Shown here in pieces: positions 1-15,690 of a stretch of 64,000 bases of DNA. This DNA comes from Selaginella moellendorffii (lineage: Eukaryota; Plantae; Lycopodiophyta), in NCBI RefSeq assembly GCF_000143415.4, contig NW_003314261.1, positions 3,216,880 through 3,280,879 of the forward strand. The letters run 5' to 3'. Numbering within the stretch: the first letter of the stretch is position 1; the number at the start of each line of letters is the position of its first letter. The notes beneath the pieces are model-generated. The model saw only the letters and a program-made list of their open reading frames with translations. It ran no database searches and was not told the origin of the DNA. Made by a program: the position numbers and the translations under genes.

Positions 1-1326
1 TACTTGGGATGACGAAGGCTGAGGATGAGTCGGAGTCGGGATAGAAGCTTTCGCCGAGGACGACTTTCCAACCGTGTGAAGCTTTGGAACAGGGCTGGGC
101 GCTCTCTCTTTCTCTTTCGGAGTGCGTTGCGGACTGCGAGAATCTCGAGCCGGATGGTCTTTAGGAGCTTGTTTGTGTCCCGTGACGGTCAGCTTCTTTA
201 CGCTGGTCTCCCCAGGCATCTCCACCAGTGGAGGTCGCACATCAAACCTCGACTTCTTAACCGGAGAGCCAAGCTCCTTGCATGCCGGCCGCTCCCTCTT
301 CTGCTGCGAATGAACTCTCTGGTTCCGGCCGTGAGAATCCGACGTCGAGTGCGAGTGGTCGTGATACTTGGTGATTGAGTTCCGCCCATACACTTTCCTC
401 CTGATGTTATCCTCCGGCGTAAGCTGTCCATCCTCACGATCATCATCTTCCCTGTGATAATGCCGTCGCCCTTCGTAGCTCTGCCTCGCCGGCAATGGAG
501 AGCTCCGCTCCACCACCCTCGACGCTCTCTGGTACCGAGCTGGGCTTCTCTCGCGGCTCCTGTTACGTACCTCTCGATCGTAGTGTGGCCGCGGCGAGCT
601 CACCATGGACCTGGACGCCAAATGCCCGCTCTCGACTTCCACAAACCGGCGATCGCTACCACGCAATGGCGATGGAGTCCTCCGCTGGTAAGCTCTGGGA
701 ACCATCACCTCGGCCGAGTAGAGATTGCTGGGAGGAGGCTGCCAGTATACGTTCCTGTCGTGTGGAGAGTCCGCCATGGAAGCATGCGGCCTATAGTTTG
801 CGCTACTCGGTGCTAATCTACTATCCGGTGGAAACCTCCCGTCTAGCACCACGCTAGAATCGATACGCATCTCCGGCCCCTGATGCGGCATTGGCGGAAG
901 AAGATGATGATTCCGAAAATTCCTCTCGTCCCAGCCGGGAGAGGGCTGGAGCCGCTGCTGCTGGGGGGCCAAAATCCCGTGGCTAGACTGGGGTGGCGGC
1001 GCCGGCACCGCTCGCTGCCGGTATGCCGCCATGGCCAGATCAAGAACAGCCGGCACGCCAGCGGCGCCGCCGCCGTGAAGAAGAACCTCTCGCGGCTGGT
1101 GATAGGAGTGAGGATGAGGAGACGCTTGTACCTGGTGGTGATTTTGCCGCGGGGGCTGCTGCTGCGGCTGCTGCTGATGCTGGTGGTGATGATACTGGAA
1201 AGAAGGCGGCATTGGAATGTGCGGAGGCGCCGCCGGGCTCCCCGCCGCGAGGATTGGCGGCACGGATGGCGGCGGCGGGGGATACATCCGGTAGGAGCCC
1301 CGATCGCGCGATCGCTGGAGCGCCAT
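1..1326 (-). CDS. 5' part of an unknown low-complexity (Pro/Gln/His/Arg-Ser-rich) protein; runs off the window
   Basis: ATG at 1326 reads MALQRSRDRGSYRMYPPPPP...FQYHHHQHQQQPQQQ...SYEGRRHYHREDDDREDGQL. The frame appears open to base 1 (absent from the ORF track, consistent with no stop). A telo-box-like AACCCTAA lies just upstream. Confidence 0.75.
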   Translation of the reverse strand, partial: MALQRSRDRGSYRMYPPPPPSVPPILAAGSPAAPPHIPMPPSFQYHHHQHQQQPQQQPPRQNHHQVQASPHPHSYHQPREVLLHGGGAAGVPAVLDLAMAAYRQRAVPAPPPQSSHGILAPQQQRLQPSPGWDERNFRNHHLLPPMPHQGPEMRIDSSVVLDGRFPPDSRLAPSSANYRPHASMADSPHDRNVYWQPPPSNLYSAEVMVPRAYQRRTPSPLRGSDRRFVEVESGHLASRSMVSSPRPHYDREVRNRSRERSPARYQRASRVVERSSPLPARQSYEGRRHYHREDDDREDGQLTPEDNIRRKVYGRNSITKYHDHSHSTSDSHGRNQRVHSQQKRERPACKELGSPVKKSRFDVRPPLVEMPGETSVKKLTVTGHKQAPKDHPARDSRSPQRTPKEKERAPSPVPKLHTVGKSSSAKASIPTPTHPQPSSSQV

Positions 1327-1401
1327 AGCTATCTAACCCTAAATTATTAAACCAATTTGCCTTAGCCTGGAAATTATTGTTTATTAATGTAGTGATTTAT
1401 G

Positions 1402-3636
<2,235 letters not shown>

Positions 3637-4171
3637 TGCGAAAAATGGAAAATTTTCGAGAACCCTAGGCACGATTCCAAGTGATTTAAACTCAAACCCG
3701 GAATCGTACAAGTGGAACAATTAGAACCGTCCGATTGCCCATCCAACGGTCCAATCGGAGACAAGGGGACCAAAAATAGCTTTACCAGTGGATAGACTTC
3801 GCGTGCGACGATGATCGCATTCTTTACACACGACATTGAAACCGATTTGATGGATCGATCAAAAAAAAAAAATTTTGTTTGCGTTTTCTTGGTTATCTCT
3901 CTGGAACAACGAAAGTTAGAAGGCGAAGAACAGCGTTGCAAGTAAAACCTGGACGCTTTGATATAATCTCTAGAGAGAACTTTTAGGAAAGCAGGGAAGT
4001 TCCAGCCCCCTTCAAAAGCAAAGTTGTGAACGATTAGACGAGCTAATACAAAGAGAAACTTTCTTACGCTAAATGTAAAAACCGGAGCTTTTCGTTGTCT
4101 CGTTTCGTCTTGTGGCATGGACGCCAAAATGAGAAGAGGATATATACAGTCTCGCCTGCCTTGCTTGCCTG

Positions 4172-7144
<2,973 letters not shown>

Positions 7145-7429
7145 GCCGGCGCGCGCCTTCCTTGATTCACAGCCCTAGCGCGCCATCGCCTACCCTAATT
7201 CCCAGAGCGCCCTCCAAGCGCCGCTCACACGTTAATGCCTCCAAATGAAAACCCTAGAACAGAGACGGCGCGGTGCTTTATTACAATCGTGGCATCTAAA
7301 CACACACCACGTGGCATAGCACACTAGGATTCAGGAATTTTCGAGAGAGTCCTCCATGGAAGAACACATTGAATCGAGGAAGAACTAGAGGATTAATCAA
7401 GAACACAAGAGCGGTCGATCGATCCATTA

Positions 7430-7990
7430 CTACCGCGCCTTGGGATCGGGAGCAGCGAACATCATCCCGGCATTGGCAGCGGCGCCGCGCGGGGGAGCGA
7501 ACCCTAGCAGCTTCTGGAGATTGGATCGGATGCTCACCGAGCAGAGGAAGTAGAAGAAGACCATGGAACAATCGGTGGGATCGTCGCCGGGCAGGCCCCT
7601 GTGCGTCATCTTCTGGATGAATGGCGACGGCGCGAATGGGAGCTTCGCCACAGGCTTGCCCTCGAAGAGCGACGAGAGGAGGCCAAACACGACGAGCAAG
7701 ACGAGCGCCACGACGGCGCCGGATTTGAACTTGAAAAAGGAGAGATCCCTGCTCGATTCCTTGAGGCTCGACTCGAATCGATCCATCTTCTTGGTGCGCG
7801 AGGATTTCTTGGCGCCTCCCCCGCCGCTCTTCATCGTCTCCAGCTTCTTGCTGGTGCGATCTATGGTGTAGCGCAGCGCCTTGTAGGAGGAGGAGCGGTA
7901 GATCAGGAGCCAGGAGATCCCCTCGCAGATACACGCGGAGGCGAAGGCGATGGCGAGGATGAGCAGCGAGTCGCCATACCCCGGATCCAT
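7430..7990 (-). CDS. TMCO1: TMCO1 (EMC3/TMCO1, DUF106) ER membrane protein, intronless
   Basis: CEGISWLLIYR, FEGKPVAKLPF, HRGLPGDDPTDCSMVFFYFLCS, NLQKLLGFAPPR. Confidence 0.93.
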   Translation of the reverse strand: MDPGYGDSLLILAIAFASACICEGISWLLIYRSSSYKALRYTIDRTSKKLETMKSGGGGAKKSSRTKKMDRFESSLKESSRDLSFFKFKSGAVVALVLLVVFGLLSSLFEGKPVAKLPFAPSPFIQKMTHRGLPGDDPTDCSMVFFYFLCSVSIRSNLQKLLGFAPPRGAAANAGMMFAAPDPKAR

Positions 7991-8160
7991 CCAAGATCCC
8001 TAAAATATTTTGCCCAAGAACCCTAGAAAGCTTTGGCAATGGCGGCGAGGCGCGGAATCGACGCGATCGCAATGTCACATTTGGATGCGGCTTGTGGATT
8101 CGTGAGGCTCATCGTTGGAATCTCCAGGATCCAGGGCTTTAGCTAGGGTTTAAGGGGAGA

Positions 8161-9939
8161 ATGATCTCGCTGCGATCGCTGCGATCCGGCGAGGCTACCG
8201 GCCCGCACTGGAAGCTCCTTGGGAGGATGATGTGCTCGTCGGCGGCTAGTCCCAGGTATCCAGCAATTTCTTCTCAGAAAAACTCCACTTCATCGTCCAA
8301 AGATCCAGCACCTGGAATAAATCAATCCAATCCAGCTCCAGCTTCATCGTCCGGGGATCCAGTAACTGGAAGAAATCAATCCATTGCAGCTCCAGCTCCA
8401 GCGCCAGCTCCCAAAGATCACACTCCATCATACTGCTTCCCGCCCGGCCAGCATCCATCCCGGCTCAAGGCCAGCCTCTACAACTACAAGTATGAGATCT
8501 TCAAGTCGCCCACCAAGACTGGGGTTTTCGGGCACAGGGTCGGCCCAGCCAGGATCCACGCTCCACACCGCATGGCTCGAAAAGCCAGGAACGCTCCACT
8601 GGCCAAGCGGGAGAGCCTGCCATGGGAGGTTCGCTCGCTCATGAGAAGCCACGAGAACTCCAAGAGAAGGAAGCCAAACATGGCGAGCAACGTTCTTCCA
8701 ATAGGTGGCGGAGCTCACGCGCCCAACCTGGCGCTCAAGCTCCTCCAGACGGTGGACGTCTCGGAGATGGTACGCTCGGTTCTCCTCGGCTCGCTGCTCG
8801 GCCACGGCAATCTCTTCGTGGACAGGGACAAGTACCCCGACGCCGCGGTGCTGTTCTTCCGGAACCACGCCATGAACAAGGAGTACTTCGACTGGAAGGC
8901 CGAGCAGTTCAAGGAGATGGCGTTCGAGCACTCTTTTGGCACCCGGGCCGACAAGCTCGAGTTCCGGACGGTCCCGGTGCCCGAGTTCCGGGACTTCCAC
9001 CACATGACTTGCTGGAAGAACCACACGGTGGTGAAGCGGAAGTGGCTCAACCACATGACGCCGGTGTCGCTGGCGGTGTGGTGGTGCGATCGCGGGAGTA
9101 TCATCGCTCGCGGGACCAAAGGCCGGATCATCCTGGACAAGTTTGACAAGCAGTCGGTGGAGATGATCCAGAAATACCTCAAAGTTATGTGGAAGGTGGA
9201 GGCGGAGGTGGTGTGCCTCCACCGGGCTGATCGGCTGTGGGGGAGGAGCCGCGTCGAGAAGTGGTACTATCGGCTCCACCTCCGCACTCCGCAGCTCAAG
9301 ATCTTCCTGCGGATCATCATGGGATACATTCCCGTGCCTGGGATGATCAAGAAGACGGTGGTGATACACGACAGCGTCTCCAAGCAGAAGGCCTGGGTGG
9401 AGGAGATGAAGGCGGCCATGCCGCAGTGGTTCGAGGAGATCGACGCGGAGGTGGCACGGCAGAAGGGCGCCCGGGAGAGCGTGAGGGAGATGGCGAGGAG
9501 GCGAGAGTGGGAGGTGATGAACAAGGCGAGCTTGGACGCTGGTGGTAAAGGATGTGAGCTCAGCGACGTTCCCTTGCGGAGGACGAGGTGGTATGCTGAT
9601 CGAAGATCACGTAGCGAGTGGAAAGGTGCGACTAAGATGGATCAAACAGGAGCTAGTGGTGAAGACGCAGCGAAAAAGACACTAAGGATGAACAGCCGGA
9701 AGCTGGGAGTGAGATCAGAAGCTCCGGAAGTCAAAGTAGGCCATGCCAAGCTGGATCAAACAGCCTCGAAAGCTAAAGTTGACAAATTCGATCAAGACAT
9801 GAAGAAACGAAGAAGTGACAAGGAGAAATTCAACCAGAAGAAGCCGCAAGGAGGAGAAGTGAAGGCGAGAGGAGTGGAGATTACCAAACTGTTCAACATT
9901 TTCACGAACAGGGATGAGAAAGCGGCTGTTGCTGCGTAA
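8161..9939 (+). CDS. Intronless protein with organelle-targeting-like N-terminus and a degenerate I-SceI-type (LAGLIDADG_2) homing-endonuclease domain
   Basis: 592-aa ORF. Motif 1 VLLGSLLGHGNL (aa 207-218) and motif 2 KWLNHMTPVSLAVWWCDRGS (about aa 294-313), followed by YYRL and FLRIIMGYIPV. Strong GC3 codon bias across the domain. Confidence 0.82.
   Translation: MISLRSLRSGEATGPHWKLLGRMMCSSAASPRYPAISSQKNSTSSSKDPAPGINQSNPAPASSSGDPVTGRNQSIAAPAPAPAPKDHTPSYCFPPGQHPSRLKASLYNYKYEIFKSPTKTGVFGHRVGPARIHAPHRMARKARNAPLAKRESLPWEVRSLMRSHENSKRRKPNMASNVLPIGGGAHAPNLALKLLQTVDVSEMVRSVLLGSLLGHGNLFVDRDKYPDAAVLFFRNHAMNKEYFDWKAEQFKEMAFEHSFGTRADKLEFRTVPVPEFRDFHHMTCWKNHTVVKRKWLNHMTPVSLAVWWCDRGSIIARGTKGRIILDKFDKQSVEMIQKYLKVMWKVEAEVVCLHRADRLWGRSRVEKWYYRLHLRTPQLKIFLRIIMGYIPVPGMIKKTVVIHDSVSKQKAWVEEMKAAMPQWFEEIDAEVARQKGARESVREMARRREWEVMNKASLDAGGKGCELSDVPLRRTRWYADRRSRSEWKGATKMDQTGASGEDAAKKTLRMNSRKLGVRSEAPEVKVGHAKLDQTASKAKVDKFDQDMKKRRSDKEKFNQKKPQGGEVKARGVEITKLFNIFTNRDEKAAVAA
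8287..8412 (+). repeat. Imperfect 54-bp in-frame tandem repeat plus (PA)n stretch in the N-terminal linker
   Basis: cttcatcgtcc...gatccag...ggaa.aaatcaatcca...cagctcca occurs twice, 54 bp apart. Confidence 0.7.
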
Positions 9940-9997
9940 GTAATAATGGAACAAAACCTCTCAAGTTTACAAGGCAGGAAAACTTTCACCTTTGAGA

Positions 9998-12708
9998 TCA
10001 CAAGTACTGTGCTATGTCGCCTATTCCTTGCGGAGCTTCCATCCCTGCGCGCATCGCCTCTCTCTCCTCCCTGAAAACCTCGGTTATCACCACCTCCGTT
10101 GTTGTTAGCAGTGACGAGATACTGGAGAAAAAAACCCGACATAACCCAAGCTTGAAAGCTTTCTGGAAAGAAAAAAATAAAAAGAAATGTACCTTGCAGC
10201 ATCCATGAGAGCTATTCTGATGACTTTCACTGGATCTATAATCCCGGCTTTGATCATATCAACGTACTCACCTGGTTTCCATCAAAAACTCCCTTAAAAC
10301 GCGAGACCACAGGAAGAAATAGCGTCTTTTACCTGTGGCAGCATCGTAACCAAAGTTTGGACTGCTCTGCTCGAGAAGCTTGGACACCACCAGAGCGCCT
10401 TCGACGCCAGCGTTTGCAGCGATTGTGTGCGTTGGTATCTGCAGAAGAAATTAAAAAATTGATATTCGAGAGCTTGTTTTTATTTTTTAATCACGAACCT
10501 TTAGAGCGTTCTGGATGACTTGAACTCCGATCTTTTGATCAAAGCTTGGTACATTGAGGTTTTTTAGCGCGTTAGCCGCATAGAGCAATGCAACTCCACC
10601 TCCTAAACACAGTTAAGAGTATAAAATGAAAGCATCGGTGGTTGCTTACCAGGAACAATGCCTTCTTCTATCGCTGCGTTTGTTGCGTTAAGCGCATCCA
10701 TCACGCGGTCTTTCTTTTCCATGACTTCTGCTTCACTTCCGCCCCCGACCTGGCACAGCATCGGATAAATGACGCACGAATAGCAAAATGTTTCCACCTT
10801 TAACATGGCCACTCCACCGGATAGCTTTCCCAAACGCTCCTCCAGCTTTTCCCTGTCGTACTTGGAAATCGCAACAGGTATTTCTAGCCGGATCTGAGAA
10901 AATAGAACCATTAAGACCATCGTCACGAACTGTTTTCATGTATAAAACCTGCTCGCAACGCTCTTCAATGGCTGCTTTGTCGCCTCCTCCATTTAGGATA
11001 ATGGTGTCTTCTTGAGCAATTGTCACCTGAGAGATCGGTTTACCGCAAGTTCAAACCATTGGGGCAACGGACCTGTTTTGCCGTTCCGAGCAGTTCAACA
11101 CGAACATCCTCAAGCTTCAACCCCATCTCGTTTGTGATTAGCTGCCACAAATTTGGTTCGACCACCACATGACAAGCCGTGAAGTAACAGCTTACTTGTG
11201 CACCGGTCAAAATACCAATGTCCTCCAGAGTGTTTCTCCTATTTTCACCGTAGGCTGGGGATCTTATGGCAGCTACCTGAAAGCTCGACGTTTAGAAAAG
11301 AAGAGAAGAAAAAAATAACAAACAAACAGAAGAAGATTCTCATACCTTGAGTCCACCCCGCATTTTATTCACGACTAAAGATGCCAAAGCCTCGCCTTCC
11401 ACATCTTCAGCAATAATAAGTAGAGGCCTTTGAAGCTGAAGAAGCAGTCATTTTGAGACCAGGCAAAGAAAGACGGATCCAAATGAACTAGAACTACCTT
11501 CTTGATGATCTCAAGCACAGGTGCAAGTTTCTGTGCGCTTGAAATTTTGTCAGGATGGAGGAGAATCAATGCGTCTTCAAACTCCTGCAAAAGCTCGGCA
11601 AATCAAGCAGGTGCCAGCCAGCAAGACTCGCATACCGCTTTTTGCGTCTTTGCATTGGTGACAAAGTATGGCGATATATATCCCTTGTCTATCTCCATCC
11701 CCTCGACAACAGTAAGCTCGTTATGGAGTTTTTGACCATCCTGCGAAATGAAATGTTAAAGCCAGAGAAAACCATGTAGGAAGCTGTTCTAGTACCCAGA
11801 TAGTGATCAATCCCTCCTTGCCAACTCTTTCCATAGCTTTAGCAACCAGATCGCCAATTTCCTTGTCACCATTTGCCGAAACAGTCGCGACCTGCGCAAG
11901 AATTACGAACACAAGCCAAAAGGAAGCACAGCACAAACCTGTGAAATCTCCTCGGAAGTACTGATCATCTTAGCCCGATTTTTAAGATGAAATACAACGT
12001 GATCGACTGCTAGATTAATACCACGACGGAGTTCCATTGCGTTCATGCCAGCAGCCACCAATTTGCAGCCCTCGGTGAAGATTGCACGCGTTAAAACCGT
12101 GGCAAGGGTCGTCCCTGCAACTCCATCACTGTGAAGCGAATGAAAAAAGAAAAACATCGATCGAAAGCTTACCATCTCCAGCAGCATCGTTAGTTGATAT
12201 TGCCACGCGCTTGACAAGGTCTGCTCCAACGTTTTTCATCTTATCCTTGAAACCAATGGCCTTGGCAACCGTGACACCGTCTTTGGTAACTCTGGGAGGT
12301 CCATACTTATCTTGCTCGATGATCACATTTCTTCCCTAGAAATTTCAAGCATCAGATGAAAGAACGATGACAATCCTACACTCTAGATTTTATTTTATTT
12401 TTCTACCTTTGGACCCATTGTCACTTTGACACAATCTGCGAGCTGCTGGACTCCTTGAAGCATAAGTAATCTCGCCTCCACACCATACTTGGTGTTCTTG
12501 GGGATAAGTCCATAGTGTCTCGCAAGGAACTACGATGAAACAACAAAAAATCTAAGATAGCTAAAAGAAAAAATGAGGGAAACAAACCTACCTGTGCTTG
12601 TGTCTTGGATCTTAGCAACCCAGCAGCGAGAGAATTTCGTTAGCTCTCAGCGGGAACGAAATCTCCAGTTGCTTACCTGGAAATCAAGGCGCCGGCTACC
12701 TTGTACAT
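9998..12708 (-). CDS. HSP60: Mitochondrial chaperonin 60 (divergent paralogue), multi-exon
   Basis: [11 protein letters not shown] start; [42 protein letters not shown]; ends ...GIGDIAQYL*. Confidence 0.93.
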
Positions 12709-12939
12709 GTTAAACCCTAAACCCTGAGAATTCGGGGACGCAGCGCCACGCACTCCCACTGCTCCGCTACATTCCTGTCGATTGCCGAAGAGAAGACGAG
12801 ATCATCCCCGCGCAGCGCAATCCATCGACGATGGCCACGACGACAACGAAGACAGATATATTCCCTTGGAATCAAATAACTCATAGCATATTCTTTGAAA
12901 GTAAGAGAATATACTTTTCCGTTAGGTAGTTTAATTAAG

Positions 12940-14200
12940 TTACGAAGCTGCAAGAGTCAAGTCTTGGGGATACATGGGCCACAATAGCATTCGCAAGAGT
13001 ATCAATCAATCCAGGGCCACTGTCAAAGGAGGACTTCCTTGTGCCTCCATCCGCAAATCTCCGGCCCATGGATCAAGTTTACTGGACGAGGAAGTCCAGG
13101 GCAAGCTCGCTTTCCAGATCCGAAAGGAAGCAACTCCTTGTGCCTCCATCCGCAAATCTCCACCCCATGGATCAAGTTTACTGGACGTGGAAGTCCAGGG
13201 CAAGCTCGCTTTCCAGATCCGAAAGGAAGCAACTCAAATTCGTGGTAGACTGATATTGCTATCAACAAACTTCCCAGACTTGAACATTTCCGGATCTGGC
13301 CAGGCCTGGGAAACCCTTCCTGTTGATGAGCATTGTCGCCTTTGCTGGAATCTCAAAGCCTGCAACTAGTCGAGGCTCCGGGGACGTGTGTGGGATCAGC
13401 AGCGCTAGCGGAAATGTCTCCTTGATTACAGCTTCCCAAGTCGGACTCCTCCACCATTCACCGCGCTTTCAATCTCTTGCATCCATTCAGGACTAGGCCA
13501 TAGCCCATTCAATCACGGTCAAACAATGTCTGCGAGCCACCACTAAGTAAATCCTAGGCGAGCAAAGAGAGACTTAGCTCGATTAATAGAGAGTTTTCAC
13601 TTGGCAGACTCTGGGTCTGGTCGGGGCCGTTGACTCGCACCTTTGTCATTTCCACAAAGTCTGGAATTTCTCCAGATCTTTGCTCATCCATAACATTGTC
13701 CAGGAACGCATCCATCTTCCAGTAGGCTATGCTCCATCTAGGGAAATAATTTGCTATGGAGAACACCGCGACTGCCTCTTAGCATCTCCACAAAATACCG
13801 TGCCTCTGGATCATCACCAGAAGTCTTGGATCCAAATTCCAAAGTCTTGTTCATGAGGATGTGGGTCATAACATTGAAGCCCAGTGATCTCAACTTCCCT
13901 TGCAATGCCACTGGTTGATGCACCTTAGAAGCCTTGGCGTGCTTGGCAGTGAGCTCCCACAGCTCGTCCCAGATGATTGGGTTTGGTGAAGGATGGCCGT
14001 GAAGAGCTCCATGGAGCACATCCTTCGAATGTTCTTGTACTCACCTTCCAAGTAAGATAAGCTCTTGAAGTTGTACATGGCGATCTCAACGGCCACTCTG
14101 GGTCTGCTAGCTAGTGAATGCGGCATCGTGGGTCTTGAGGAACAGCTACCATGAGTGGAATGGATCCCAGGAGCAAGTACATGAGGGATCCAAACTTCTG
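12940..14200 (-). pseudogene. Cytochrome P450 (CYP71 clan) pseudogene 1
   Basis: Collinear with the P450 at 22785-24333 but with many small deletions/frameshifts and no 5' end; heme-motif segment duplicated. Confidence 0.9.
13037..13235. repeat. 99-bp tandem duplication inside P450 pseudogene 1
   Basis: ELLPFGSGKRACPGLPRPVNLIHG appears twice in ORF 13023-13268; copies are nearly identical. Confidence 0.92.
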
Positions 14201-14727
14201 TTGCTATCTCTTGCTATCAGGACTCATTGAACTATATTAGTGTCAATATGAGCTTAGTTTCATGTTTCAACTCATATTAACAAGAAATTAACCAAAGGAA
14301 TTGTGAATGGCCACAACTCTTGTTTTCCTAAGATGAATACAATATCGTCTAAAGTGATTTTATCATGAAATAACAGGTACTCTACAATTGCCACCTTAGT
14401 GTGTGAATAAACCCCCACAGTCAACTATGAATTTCCCAAATCATCAATTGCTGACACTGCTTTTGGGTTGTTTAGCTTGCTGGGCAAGATGTTCACCAAG
14501 CACAACATCATTACTTGTGCAACAGGTGTATGTTGCTGTAAGAAGTAGAAAACTCACAATATGTTTGCCAGGCATAACATCATTACTTTTGCAACAGGTG
14601 TATGTTGCTGTAGAAAATCCTTGTGTTATAGAATTCTTAGGAAAAGAGTGAATCACAATGCTTAAGCTATCCTATATCAACCTTTAGGCAGGAAAAAGAT
14701 ATTTGCAACAAGAGAGTGTAGGCCAAG

Positions 14728-15690
14728 TCAAACAGTGCATCTCTTGGTGGAAACAAGCAGTCTATCCAGTGCCACTGGAGTGAAATAGGCTGAGCTATAG
14801 GAAGCGATGAATGTGCTCCATGTCACTACGTCCCTGGCCTGCACTTGCATGGTGTTGAACACCTCCCTTGCAGCTTGGAGCAACTCACACTTGGCGTACA
14901 TGTTGAGGACCGCAATTGCCACCTTGGTCACCTTGGCAAGAAGTTGGCCATCGTACCACATTGCAGTTCATGAAGCATGTGTTTCCAAGGTTCTGGAGCC
15001 CCACCAGTCCTTGCAGTCCGCCTCCCTAATAGGCAATCACCAAGCTGTTCTCACTGCTCCCGCTCACTATCTCAACTAGGCTTGCGTAGTTGACATCATC
15101 AAGCTCCATGCCCTCTAGATCCGTGGCACAGAAGGTGGCAACCGATGCCCAGCTTGGGCATACGCCAAAACAATGGTGTTCCATGACACGGTGTCCCGCT
15201 TGTTCACTTCCATGGTCAACACGGTGTCTTGCTCATCCATTGCATCGAAGGTGGCATTTACCTGCTCAATAAGCTTGAGCTGAGCATACACCCCCACCAC
15301 AACACCGTGCATGGAAGCGTTCAGGGTGTTATCACTACACACCACCAATAGGCTTGTCCACGACACCAGATCCACTCCAGCATCTCCAACTTCATTTCAA
15401 GAGCATCTGAAGCCCAACTGTAGCCTATAAGCAAGGCGTTCCAAGCCATGATATCCCAGCAGGCCATCCTGGTAAAAACTTCCCTAGCCAGCTCTAGACT
15501 CTTGAGACTGTTGTGCTCCTTGGCCAGAGCCATCACAAACGTCGTCCAAGAGAACAAGTCCTGGACACATTCCTAGAAGCTCTCTTCTCCAAGTAGTTGC
15601 ATGACGAACCACTAGGCTCTGGCATGGAGGGTGACATTACAAGCCACCAGGCTATGGTACGGGATCTTCTCCAAACACAACCAAGCTGAC
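14728..15690 (-). pseudogene. Degenerate PLS-class PPR gene fragments
   Basis: MYAKC...AREVFN...RDVVTWS, RDTVSWNTIVLAYAQAG, DIMAWNALLIGY in broken frames. Confidence 0.8.

Noticed and set aside
25-1350. Several plus-strand ORFs
   Set aside because: Antisense shadows of the GC-rich minus-strand frame.
8428-9369. 313-aa minus-strand ORF
   Set aside because: Antisense shadow caused by high GC3 of the LAGLIDADG gene.
8161-9939. Calling the gene OTP51 or an active homing endonuclease
   Set aside because: No PPR repeats seen, both catalytic Asp positions are substituted, and there is no surrounding self-splicing intron.
14501-14617. About 40-bp direct repeat with 72-bp period as a CRISPR-like array
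   Set aside because: Only two copies, eukaryotic context, no cas genes.
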